A stretch of DNA of 64,000 bases, from positions 16,396 through 80,395 of the forward strand of contig PLUW01000120.1 in NCBI GenBank assembly GCA_003162935.1, given 5' to 3'. The stretch comes from Acidobacteriaceae bacterium. Its GTDB lineage: Bacteria; Acidobacteriota; Terriglobia; Terriglobales; Acidobacteriaceae. Each line of letters starts with the position of its first letter. Positions within the stretch are counted from its first letter, which is position 1. Shown piece after piece: positions 1 through 8,345 of the stretch. The position numbers were made by a program, and so were the translations under genes. The notes under the pieces were generated by a model, which saw only the letters and a program-made list of their open reading frames with translations, was not told the DNA's origin and ran no database searches.

Positions 1-1701
1 CTGGGTCGCGGTGCTGGCGACAACGATGCTCTGGGCGTCGATCATTTTCCCCATGACGCCGCCGCAACTGTTGGCCGAAGCCATCAAGCTCGGCGCCACT
101 CCAATCTGCTGCGCGGTGATTTTCTGCAGGCTGCCGAAGAGCACGTTCGACGAGGTATCGGAGCCGGTCAACGCCACGCCCAGCCAGCCGAGCATGGTTC
201 CAAAGAAAGGATAGAGCGAGCCGGTGCGCGCGAAGGCTAGCCCCATGGTGGCATCCACGCCGGAATAACGAGTGAGGATGCCGATCCCCAGCATGGCCGC
301 GATGGTCAGCAGCGAGAAACGCACCTTGACGATGGTGCGACCGTAGATTTTGAAGATGTGGGGAATGCTGATGCCCATCACCAAACCGGAAAGGATGGCC
401 GCCAGCAGGATTCCGGATCCGGTCGCGCTCAGCCAGTTCAGAGCAAACACAGCGGGCTCCTTCGTCGGCTTTGCAACCACCGGCGGGACGCGTTGCACGA
501 GATTGTGAAGGCCCGTCACCGGGAAGGTTGGATTGGTGATCGCGCTTGGCAGGGTATGCCAGGTCGCCAGCGAAGGAAATACCTTCTCGGGCGTGTTCAT
601 TAGGTTCTTGCCGGACTGCGTGCCCCAGGCGAACACGGCGACGCTGAGGATGACCCACGGTATCCACGCACGTGTCACTTCGGAACGGCTGTAGCCGTGG
701 TCGGCGCGCGCGCTCTTGCTCTGTTCACCTTCGAAGGTCCAAATCTTTTTCGGATGCCAAATGAGGAGAAAGCCAATCAGGCAAATCATGGAGATCACGG
801 CGGCAACGATGTTGACTAGCCAGGGTCCGTGAAAATTGGACATAAGAACTTGAGGTACCGCAAACGAGACACCCGCGACTAGGATGGCCGGCCAAACCTC
901 CAGCATCCCGGAGAAACCTGCGAACGCCCAGATCAGCCAGAAAGGAACCAAAATACAGAAAGGCGCCAGAATGCGGCCGGTGATCGCGCCGAGCATAATT
1001 TCACTCATGCCTGTCACCTTGGCCAACGCGATGATGGGCGTCCCCAGCGCACCAAATGCTACCGGGGCGGTGTTGGCAATCAGCGACAAACCAGAAGCCT
1101 GTAGCGGCTTAAAGCCGAGGCCTATCAGGAGCGCAGCGGTCACGGCGACCGGCGTTCCGAATCCGGCGGCGCCCTCAAAGAACGCGCCGAAACAGAAAGC
1201 GATCAGCAGCAATTGCAGGCGGCGATCCTGAGTGATTCCGGTCATGCTGTGCTGCAAAACCTTGAAGCGTCCCGACTCGACGGTGAGCTGATACATAAAG
1301 ATGACATTCAGGATGATCCAGCCGATGGGAAACAAGCCGTATCCCGCGCCATAGACGGCCGTAGTCGCAGCCAGTCGCGCGGGCATGTGGAAGACAAATA
1401 TGGCTGTCGTTAAGGCCGTGGCGAGTCCGAGCAACGCGGCGTAGTGCGCTTTGATATGCAGCGCCGCCAGGGTGCCGAGCAGGACCACGATCGGCAGTGC
1501 GGCGACTAATGTTGAAAGCCACCACCGTCCCGTGGGGTCGTAGTTCTGCGACCAGGGGGAAGCTAGCGGTGGAATTCTCAAAATCAGAACGACGGCGACA
1601 ACAGCCGCGATGAGCGCCGCGATCCACGCCACAGGATTGATTGACGCGGGAGGAGCTTTCGGATGGACAATGGTCGGCACTTGGGCAGGTAAAGGCGTCA
1701 T
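1..1701 (-). CDS. lctP: L-lactate permease (LctP family); C-terminus runs off the left edge of the window
   Basis: Absent from the ORF track because it has no in-window stop. My reverse-strand translation from ATG (cat at 1699-1701) stays open for 567 codons: MTPLPAQ...SPWSQNYDPTGRWW...FFEGAAGFGTPVAV...LTGSDTSSNVLFGSLQ...ANSCGGVMGKMI. These are LctP/LldP signature blocks. gaggag lies just upstream of the ATG. Confidence 0.85.
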   Translation of the reverse strand, partial: MTPLPAQVPTIVHPKAPPASINPVAWIAALIAAVVAVVLILRIPPLASPWSQNYDPTGRWWLSTLVAALPIVVLLGTLAALHIKAHYAALLGLATALTTAIFVFHMPARLAATTAVYGAGYGLFPIGWIILNVIFMYQLTVESGRFKVLQHSMTGITQDRRLQLLLIAFCFGAFFEGAAGFGTPVAVTAALLIGLGFKPLQASGLSLIANTAPVAFGALGTPIIALAKVTGMSEIMLGAITGRILAPFCILVPFWLIWAFAGFSGMLEVWPAILVAGVSFAVPQVLMSNFHGPWLVNIVAAVISMICLIGFLLIWHPKKIWTFEGEQSKSARADHGYSRSEVTRAWIPWVILSVAVFAWGTQSGKNLMNTPEKVFPSLATWHTLPSAITNPTFPVTGLHNLVQRVPPVVAKPTKEPAVFALNWLSATGSGILLAAILSGLVMGISIPHIFKIYGRTIVKVRFSLLTIAAMLGIGILTRYSGVDATMGLAFARTGSLYPFFGTMLGWLGVALTGSDTSSNVLFGSLQKITAQQIGVAPSLMASANSCGGVMGKMIDAQSIVVASTATQ

Positions 1702-1921
1702 GGGCTCCTCGGGCAAACCTGCGCGACGCGGAGGTTTGCTTTCACGATTCGAGTCGTCAGGGATTCTCGTATCAATGTGGCCCTCAAGATGCGACGTAGC
1801 TCACGGGTGGGTGTGATCGTGGTCACAGGGTGAGCTGCGGCACGCGCTACAATGTCCGGCATATCCCGGCGAGCCACGAAGCAACTTGTCGCTGGCGAGC
1901 CGAGCCGACGCGAGGATGCAC

Positions 1922-3328
1922 ATGTCACGAGAAAGATCTGCCACTCAGGAACAGCCGCTGGTTCGCTTTGGTTTGGGACTTGCCAACTGGAGCGAGCGCT
2001 GGTTTCCGGATCCGTTGATTTTTGCGCTGATCGGAATCGTGGTAGTTTTTATTGTCGGGCTGCTGCTTCATCAAAGCCCCGCGAAACTCGCGATTCAGGG
2101 CGGGAAGAACTTCTGGACCCTGGTTCCCTTCACCATGCAGATGGTGATGATCATTGTCGGCGGATATGTCGTCGCTTCGACACCGATTGTGTATCGAGCC
2201 ATTCGCGCCCTGGCTGGAATTCCGAAGACGCCGCGTGGAGCGGTTGCCATGGTGGCTTTGTTCTCCATGCTCACGTCGCTGATCTCCTGGGGCTTGAGCC
2301 TGATTTTCAGCGGGCTGTTTGTACGCGAACTGGCGCATCGCGTCAAGGGGTTGGACTATCGCGCCGCCGGCGGCGCCGCCTATCTGGGGCTGGGAGCTGT
2401 TTGGGCGATGGGACTGTCGTCCTCGGCCGCCATGCTGATGGCCACCAAGTCGGCGATGCCGCCCACGTTATTTAACATCAGCGGTCTGATCCCGCTCACC
2501 CAAACTCTTTTCTTGTGGCAGAGCATTGCGACGACGGTGATCCTGATCGTGCTGTCGGTGCTGATTGCCTACCTCTCTACACCGTCGGTGGAGAACGCGA
2601 GAACGGCTGAATCTTACGGAATTCAGTATGAACCGATTCGGTCCAGCCTGGAGCCCAAGAGCAAACCGGGAGAGTGGCTGGAATACAGTCCGCTGCTGAC
2701 AATTTTGGTGGCGGCGTTGTTGTGCTGGTATCTGGTGGATGTGTTCCGCACCTCGCCGCAGGGCGCGCTGGCGGCGCTTGACTTGAATACTTACAACCTC
2801 ATGTTCATCACGGTTGGGCTGCTGTTGCACTGGCGCCCGAAGCGCTTCATGCGCGCCGTAACCGAGTGCGTTCCGGCCACAGGCGGCGTGCTGATCCAGT
2901 TCCCGTTCTACGCCGTCATCTTCGGAATGATCGTAGGAACGGGGATCGCCGATTCGCTGGCAAGACTCTTCGCTTCGATCAGCACACACAATACTTATCC
3001 CTTGCTGGTCGCGATGTATTCGGCGCTGCTCGGGGTTTTCATTCCCTCAGGCGGCAGCAAGTGGGTGATCGAGGCTCCGTATGTACTACAGGCGGCGAAT
3101 CTGCACCAGGTGCATTTGGGATGGGTGGTGCAGATCTACAACGCGTCGGAAGCGTTGCCCAATCTCGTCAACCCCTTCTGGATGCTGCCGCTGCTCGGCT
3201 TATTGAAACTGAAGGCCCGGGACATCGTGGGATATGGCGTGCTGCAGTTGATGGTGCATATACCGGTCGTGTTCTTCTTGTGCTGGTTGTTCGCCCGCTA
3301 TATTCCGTACGTGCCACCGATGAAGTAG
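1922..3328 (+). CDS. atoE: short-chain fatty acid transporter (AtoE family)
   Basis: ORF 1886..3328. The blocks WFPDPLIFAL, NLMFITVGLLLH, IQFPFYAVI and PSGGSKWVIEAPY match E. coli AtoE as I recall it, and the protein is polytopic. Start moved to ATG 1922, which has GAGG 6 nt upstream. Confidence 0.85.
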   Translation: MSRERSATQEQPLVRFGLGLANWSERWFPDPLIFALIGIVVVFIVGLLLHQSPAKLAIQGGKNFWTLVPFTMQMVMIIVGGYVVASTPIVYRAIRALAGIPKTPRGAVAMVALFSMLTSLISWGLSLIFSGLFVRELAHRVKGLDYRAAGGAAYLGLGAVWAMGLSSSAAMLMATKSAMPPTLFNISGLIPLTQTLFLWQSIATTVILIVLSVLIAYLSTPSVENARTAESYGIQYEPIRSSLEPKSKPGEWLEYSPLLTILVAALLCWYLVDVFRTSPQGALAALDLNTYNLMFITVGLLLHWRPKRFMRAVTECVPATGGVLIQFPFYAVIFGMIVGTGIADSLARLFASISTHNTYPLLVAMYSALLGVFIPSGGSKWVIEAPYVLQAANLHQVHLGWVVQIYNASEALPNLVNPFWMLPLLGLLKLKARDIVGYGVLQLMVHIPVVFFLCWLFARYIPYVPPMK

Positions 3329-3361
3329 GTTCGCGGTTCGCAGCCGGATGGAGTTGGGCCT

Positions 3362-4093
3362 CTACCTTGCCTGGAACGTGAAACTGACACTTGCGGGCTT
3401 ACCGGCAGTCACCGTTACATCCTGCGTCTTGGTTCCATAAAATTCCTGCCATGCGGTGAGGGTGTACGAACCCGGCGGCACGTTCTCGAGTTTAAAGGAA
3501 CCGCTGCCGTCGGTCACCGCGTACGGACCCTTCACGACCGCAATGTAGCCCTTCATCCAGGGGTGGATGTTGCATTTGATCGGGATTGCGACTTCCTCCT
3601 TGGTCCAGGTTACGTCGAAAGGCGCTCCGCCCACCAGTTGCGACTTATTCCATTCGGAATTACTGGCGGTTTGCGGGTGAACGTTATGCAACGCATGGTC
3701 GCTATTCAGTATCTTCATGGGCTGACCCACATCGACGGCAACCACATGCGGAAGGTACTGACAGCCTCTTTGCTCGATCTGGACCGGAACAGACGAAGGG
3801 GCTTCTTTCCCGGTCAGGCCCTGGCTGACATAGAGGACAACGTTGGCGAGGCCGCCGTTGGGCCCGACCACCACACTTTCCGCGGTGACGGGTTTGTCCT
3901 TATGCAGAGCGGCGCAACTCGGTTCACTCGCCATGTCGATGGTCCGCTGGCGAGGAGCCACGCCCTCCAGTTTTACTGTGCCGGTGATCTGACTGTGAGA
4001 AGCCGCGTGGGCGTTCCCTAGCCAATGCAGCCGCGCACCGGCGAAAATCAGTAGAAGGGTGGCCAAGGTCGCTACTTTAAATCCAAACTTCAT
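3362..4093 (-). CDS. secreted cupredoxin-like (type-1 Cu ligand pattern) protein with a carboxypeptidase-regulatory-like C-terminal domain
   Basis: Signal peptide MKFGFKVATLATLLLIFAGA. HNVH...CNIHPWM fits the His/Cys-x2-His-x2-Met blue-copper ligand pattern. C-terminal VTDGSGSFKLENVPPGSYTLTAW is CarboxypepD_reg-like. Start trimmed to ATG 4093. Confidence 0.6.
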   Translation of the reverse strand: MKFGFKVATLATLLLIFAGARLHWLGNAHAASHSQITGTVKLEGVAPRQRTIDMASEPSCAALHKDKPVTAESVVVGPNGGLANVVLYVSQGLTGKEAPSSVPVQIEQRGCQYLPHVVAVDVGQPMKILNSDHALHNVHPQTASNSEWNKSQLVGGAPFDVTWTKEEVAIPIKCNIHPWMKGYIAVVKGPYAVTDGSGSFKLENVPPGSYTLTAWQEFYGTKTQDVTVTAGKPASVSFTFQAR

Positions 4094-4137
4094 GAACCCT
4101 TCGCAAACGTCATTTTTAAAAACTGGTTTGGCTGGCG

Positions 4138-4815
4138 TCACTGCGGCGGAGCGGTTGTGGCGGCCGCAGGAGGCTTTGGTTTGGTCGTTTTCTTTTTCAC
4201 CGGCTTCGCGGGAGGCTCGGTATCGTCAACCACGATCTTCTTCGGCGGAGGAGGCGGCGCTGCGGACAGCGTCTTGACTTGCACACGCAAGCGCGTCAAT
4301 TCGTCTTCTTTGGTGGCGGCGAGTTTCTGCATGCGCTCGCCAAAGCTGCGGCGCGCGGTCTCCAGTGCGGTCATGTCATGGCTTAGGCTTTGAAATTCGT
4401 CCTTGCTGCCGAAGGCTCCCGCCGATTCGACCACCGAACCAAACACGTCGTAGAGCGCGTCGAGATTGCGGTAGAGTTTGAAGCTTGCGCCCAGGTCTTC
4501 GGGTGAGCCATTAAGTTGCGCCAAAGTCTCGGGCAGTGCCGACTGCAGGTTGCGTTGGATGGAGTCCACGTTCGCCAACGTCTGTTTTTTAGTGGCGCCG
4601 TCGGTCTTCCATTTCTCGATGCGCATCTTAGTCAGGTCGGACTGCATGCTTTGTGCCGTCTGCTGCAAGGGCGTCAGAATGGCATTGAGTTCGCTCACCG
4701 ACGCATACGCGACCGGCGGCGTGGCAGCGGCCGATCCAGTTGGACCTTGCGCCAACGCAAAGGTCGAAGCCAGCAAGGCGATCAAGCAAACGAGAATATT
4801 CCGTGAGTTCAACAT
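4138..4815 (-). CDS. secreted hypothetical protein with a Pro/Lys-rich C-terminal tail
   Basis: ORF 4138..4956 trimmed to MLNSRNILVCLIALLASTFALAQG (signal peptide, ATG 4815). Helical Q/L-rich core, then a tail PPPPPKK...KPVKKKTTKPKPP. It lies 44 nt upstream of the cupredoxin gene on the same strand. Confidence 0.5.
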   Translation of the reverse strand: MLNSRNILVCLIALLASTFALAQGPTGSAAATPPVAYASVSELNAILTPLQQTAQSMQSDLTKMRIEKWKTDGATKKQTLANVDSIQRNLQSALPETLAQLNGSPEDLGASFKLYRNLDALYDVFGSVVESAGAFGSKDEFQSLSHDMTALETARRSFGERMQKLAATKEDELTRLRVQVKTLSAAPPPPPKKIVVDDTEPPAKPVKKKTTKPKPPAAATTAPPQ

Positions 4816-4958
4816 GGGGCTCCCATTGTGTGCTGTTGTTTGTCCCACATATCCTAGTTGAGGACGACGGTCGCAGTCGAGCGCGGCACCCGAATGACCT
4901 CGGTGAGTTTGACGTGGCAGCAAACCTAAGCGAGAATTGAAGGGTAGCAATTCCAAGT

Positions 4959-5034
4959 GGGCCTGTGGCGCAGCTGGGAGCGCGCTTCCATGGCATGGAA
5001 GAGGTCGTCGGTTCGATCCCGACCAGGTCCACCA
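4959..5034 (+). tRNA. tRNA-Ala (anticodon GGC), CCA encoded
   Basis: Hand-folded cloverleaf: acceptor gggcctg/caggtcc with the G3:U70 Ala identity pair, D arm gcgc-agctggga-gcgc, anticodon arm cttcc-atGGCat-ggaag, T arm gtcgg-ttcgatc-ccgac, discriminator A plus CCA. Confidence 0.95.
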
Positions 5035-5133
5035 AATCTCCCAACAACTTAGCGGGGCGAATGCTCACGGCGACGCTGTTTGTGTCGTGGCTTGTGTCGG
5101 GGGGACGCGGACCTCGGGATTTCGACGCCGAAA

Positions 5134-5802
5134 CTAGTCGTGGAGAACGACGTTGAGAAGTGAGCTGTGGACTTCAATCTCACCGTTGTAGCGAACGAAC
5201 CCCAATTTTCTAAATTTGTTCATGAAGAAACTAACCCGCCCACGAGTTGTGCCAACCATCTCTGCGAGAGCCTCTTGGCTGATTCTTGGAATTGCAACTT
5301 CAGGCTTTCCGTCCTTGCCGAACTGAGCAAGCAGGAGAAGAATACGGGCAAGTCGTTTCTCGCTGGAATTGAAAAGCTGGTCAACCAAATCCTCTTCGTA
5401 GCGGAGGTTCCGGGTCAGCAAATAGGCCACGAACATATCGGAAAACGCGTGCTCCCGGTGAAGAACCTCCAGCATGGCCTTCTTGGCGATCTGCATCACT
5501 GAGCAATCGGCCATTGCGGTTGCGGAGCACAGGCGCAGAGGCTGACCGGTAAGGCACCCTTCTCCGAAGAAATCGCCCTCGTTCAGAATGCCGATGGTGG
5601 CTTCCTTCCCGCTCTTCGACAGGACGCTGAGTTTCACTTTTCCTTTCTGGATATAAAAAACAGCATCCGACGGGTCGCCCTGAGCAAATATTGTGCGCTT
5701 CTTGGCAAAAGCTGAGATCGTCCTTCCGCCGTCGATAATCGAAAGGAATTTTTGGGTATTGAATTTCCGACGTTTTTGGGCCGCTGGCACGGGTGTCATC
5801 AT
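5134..5802 (-). CDS. Crp/Fnr family transcriptional regulator (cNMP-binding domain plus HTH)
   Basis: FAQGDPSDAVFYIQKGKVKLSV...GDFFGEGCL (cNMP-binding beta-roll) and C-terminal HTH ISQEALAEMVGTTRGRVSFFMNKFRKLGFV. There is no N-terminal Fnr Cys cluster. Start set at ATG 5802, with GGGGG about 7 nt upstream. Confidence 0.85.
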   Translation of the reverse strand: MMTPVPAAQKRRKFNTQKFLSIIDGGRTISAFAKKRTIFAQGDPSDAVFYIQKGKVKLSVLSKSGKEATIGILNEGDFFGEGCLTGQPLRLCSATAMADCSVMQIAKKAMLEVLHREHAFSDMFVAYLLTRNLRYEEDLVDQLFNSSEKRLARILLLLAQFGKDGKPEVAIPRISQEALAEMVGTTRGRVSFFMNKFRKLGFVRYNGEIEVHSSLLNVVLHD

Positions 5803-5991
5803 GACGAGCCCCCCTTTCAAGAAGTGCAGAACCGCAAAGGGAACTTTCCATTTTCCTAAGATCGAGAATGTAATCTTGCGCCAAAAGGGAGAACAACATC
5901 AAGCCATCGCGGGGCAAAGCGGCGATCCACTTGACGCAGTAATGATTTCACCCTTGAGGTCGAAAGTCAAACATTTCAACCATTGCTGACC

Positions 5992-6005
5992 TTGATGACC
6001 ATCGA
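5992..6005. promoter_or_regulatory. FNR/CRP-like palindromic box TTGAT-N4-ATCGA upstream of the Crp/Fnr gene
   Basis: The sequence ttgatgaccatcga differs from TTGAT-N4-ATCAA at one position. It lies about 190 nt upstream of the Crp/Fnr start in the divergent intergenic region. It also contains the direct repeat gatgacc-atc-gatgacc. Confidence 0.25.
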
Positions 6006-6408
6006 TGACCGGTTCCGGTCGCTTACTCGATCTGCCGTCATGCGGGCGCGACAGACTGTCGCAGCGAAAACAGCGCCCACCGCGGCTCCTGCCACTTCGA
6101 AGCTCGGGATGGTTAGAGCGAAAGGACGTTGACTTCCGAGGAGCGATTGCTCTTGGCGTCCTGCAAACCAGTCACAACAATGGTAGTAACCGCGATTTAG
6201 AGTAATTGGCCTCCAGTGCCGCTGAAAACACTATTTGTCGGCATCTAACTGTATGATGGCGCTCCATACAATACTCCCGAGAGATGCCGAAGGTGAGGGG
6301 CTGTTTGCACTTATCAGGCGACCAGCGGCAAGGAAATCACCGCTACCTACAAAATGCTTGACCCGGTCCCTTGCCTATCGCACGACCGTCTAAGCCGGGA
6401 GGCAAGTC

Positions 6409-6777
6409 ATGAAGATAGACCTAGTCCGTGCTCCATTGGAGAGCCTGGTCCGAGTTCGATTCTTGTTCGTGGTGATGGCGCTCGTTGTCGCTCTGTCCAC
6501 ACAGACCGCCATTGCTCAGGCGCAGAGTCGCCTCGGGCAGCGCAGGATCATCAGCAAAATCGTTCCCGCTTATCCTGAAATTGCAAAGCGTTACCGCATT
6601 AAAGGCATGGTCAAGCTGGAGGTCATCGTTCGTAAGGATGGAAGTGTTCGCTCCGCAAAGGTGCTAGGGGGAAGCCCGGTGCTGATCGGATCAGCCACCG
6701 ATGCGGTCAGCAGTTGGAAGTTTGAACTAGCACCCGCAGAATCGACCGAAGTGGTTCAAGTAGCATTCGATGACTAA
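6409..6777 (+). CDS. small TonB C-terminal-domain protein
   Basis: N-terminal hydrophobic segment FLFVVMALVVALS, then IVPAYPEIAKRYRIKGMVKLEVIVRKDGSVRSAKVLGGSPVLIGSATDAVSSWKF (TonB_C pattern). GGGAGG lies 6 nt before the ATG. The Pro-rich spacer of full-length TonB is absent. Confidence 0.7.
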   Translation: MKIDLVRAPLESLVRVRFLFVVMALVVALSTQTAIAQAQSRLGQRRIISKIVPAYPEIAKRYRIKGMVKLEVIVRKDGSVRSAKVLGGSPVLIGSATDAVSSWKFELAPAESTEVVQVAFDD

Positions 6778-6854
6778 CCCTGACCGACAGGCGGTAGCCA
6801 CCCCTCAACGGCCACACTAGACATTGCTGTCAACTCGGAAAGAAGGCTTGAATC

Positions 6855-7061
6855 ATGTACACAATCGGCAGGATCTCGGAAGGGGTCATCCTGATTTGTC
6901 AGGACTGTGCCCACATTGAGCACGTCAGCCAGTTCAATTTGAATTTCGGCAGTCAACGAACGCAGGCCGCACGAGCGATGCAGGCTCACTCACACGACAA
7001 GCACAGTGCGAGTCCACTCACACCCCTCCCGAAGAAATACGGGATCATGGCGCAGTGGTAG
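6855..7061 (+). CDS. hypothetical small protein (68 aa)
   Basis: ORF with AAGAAGG 8 nt upstream of the ATG. It lies in a low-GC gap and has no recognisable motif. Confidence 0.2.
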   Translation: MYTIGRISEGVILICQDCAHIEHVSQFNLNFGSQRTQAARAMQAHSHDKHSASPLTPLPKKYGIMAQW

Positions 7062-7132
7062 ATTTCCCCGTTCACCCACAGGCAAAAACAAAACGATTTC
7101 AGAGAGAAAGCTGTAAACCGATAGCCTTGTGC

Positions 7133-7291
7133 TCAGCGGGGAGCTACCGCCTGAGCGACAAATCCGCTGATGGTGATGTAACTCGGGGCTCCCAAAATAG
7201 TGGTGAGACCCTGTATTCCCGAAGAAGCTCCAGTGCCGTCGATTACCGCAGGCTGTATGGTAGTCCCAACCAGGATGGGATTTTCAGCCAT
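7133..7291 (-). CDS. candidate 52-aa ORF below the ORF-track cutoff
   Basis: My translation: MAENPILVGTTIQPAVIDGTGASSGIQGLTTILGAPSYITISGFVAQAVAPR*. The start region lies inside a perfect 14-bp tandem duplication. No family recognised, and coding status is uncertain. Confidence 0.15.
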   Translation of the reverse strand: MAENPILVGTTIQPAVIDGTGASSGIQGLTTILGAPSYITISGFVAQAVAPR

Positions 7292-7308
7292 TCCTTTTCA
7301 GCCATTCC
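7281..7308. repeat. perfect tandem duplication of 14 bp (ttttcagccattcc x2)
   Basis: Read directly: 7281-7294 and 7295-7308 are identical. Confidence 0.95.
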
Positions 7309-7547
7309 TTGACAGATCCCCGCAGGCGGGTCGCTGGCTTGGCGCAATGAGAAACTTGGGCAACAATGGTCAATTGTGACCAGACAGCCAGTCGCTAATC
7401 GTTCTACGCTCTTCCAAAGTCCCGTTGAGGAAGAGTGTTGGTATCTCGTAACAGGAACCTCTCTACAAGCCTATTGAACGGCGGCACCTGTATCTTCGGC
7501 TTGGGGTGGGGCATTCCAGTCGGCGGGGTGATTTCCCATAGATAGGG

Positions 7548-8315
7548 ATGCACGTTGGTGGCCCCATGAGTGCAGCATCGTCGGCTTCCGCCTTTGTCGG
7601 TCGAGTTCTGATCGTGTCCAACAATGCGGTCGCAATCGGGCAAATTAAGGATTCGCTGCAACGATTCGCGTTGTTCCCGGAACAGTGTCCCAAGCTTTCT
7701 TTAGCTCTAGAGCGGCTGAACCGGGCAAAATTTGAAGCAGTAGTGATTGATTTGCAGCTCGGAAGTCAGGCTGAAGTAGTTTTGCAAGCAGTACGCCAGG
7801 CTCCTTCAAATAAGCATGCAGTCGTATTCACCGTTAGCGATAACCGTGCCGACGCTTCAGGGGCATTTCGGGCTGGCTCAACCTTCGTGTTACTAAGACC
7901 TCTTTCTCGGGGTTTAATCAACCTCAGCTTCAAGGCCGCCTACGGTTTGATCGTCAGAGAAAAGCGCCGATACTTCCGCTGTCCGGTTGAGGTTCCAGTG
8001 GCGATTCTCAGAACAGCATTGCCAGCGGTTCACGGTTCCACCGTCAATGTCAGCGAGGGTGGAATGTCGATCGCTGCCAATGCCTCACTGGGATCTGGCG
8101 ACCCGGTACAGTTGCAGTTCGCTCTGCCAGGTGATGAATTCCAGTTTGTCGTTGAAGCCGCGGTGTGCTGGGCGAATCAGCCGCAGATCGGAATGCGGTT
8201 CACTTTCTTTTCTCCGCATCTAGCCTCCAGGCTGCAAGAGTGGCTTTCTCGCCAATTGGAAGAAACGATTCCGCAGTCGGTGCGGGAACAGTTCTCAAAG
8301 CTCCCGAAAGAATAG
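7548..8315 (+). CDS. pseudo-receiver (REC-like) plus PilZ domain protein, predicted c-di-GMP receptor
   Basis: REC-like N-terminus with a degenerate acidic pocket (LIVSNN instead of DD, VVIDLQ, FTVSD, LLRP instead of KP). C-terminal PilZ has canonical RRYFR ... NVSEGG (RxxxR / D-N-x-S-x-x-G). The start could instead be ATG 7566. Confidence 0.8.
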   Translation: MHVGGPMSAASSASAFVGRVLIVSNNAVAIGQIKDSLQRFALFPEQCPKLSLALERLNRAKFEAVVIDLQLGSQAEVVLQAVRQAPSNKHAVVFTVSDNRADASGAFRAGSTFVLLRPLSRGLINLSFKAAYGLIVREKRRYFRCPVEVPVAILRTALPAVHGSTVNVSEGGMSIAANASLGSGDPVQLQFALPGDEFQFVVEAAVCWANQPQIGMRFTFFSPHLASRLQEWLSRQLEETIPQSVREQFSKLPKE

Positions 8316-8345
8316 CCACGGCCAGATCTGCACGCTTCGGCGACC

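Noticed and set aside
6206-6408. c-di-GMP (GEMM) riboswitch upstream of the TonB-C gene, considered because of the c-di-GMP context
   Set aside because: Only vague GGCAAG strings are present. I found no paired P1/P2 hairpins with a GNRA tetraloop and receptor.
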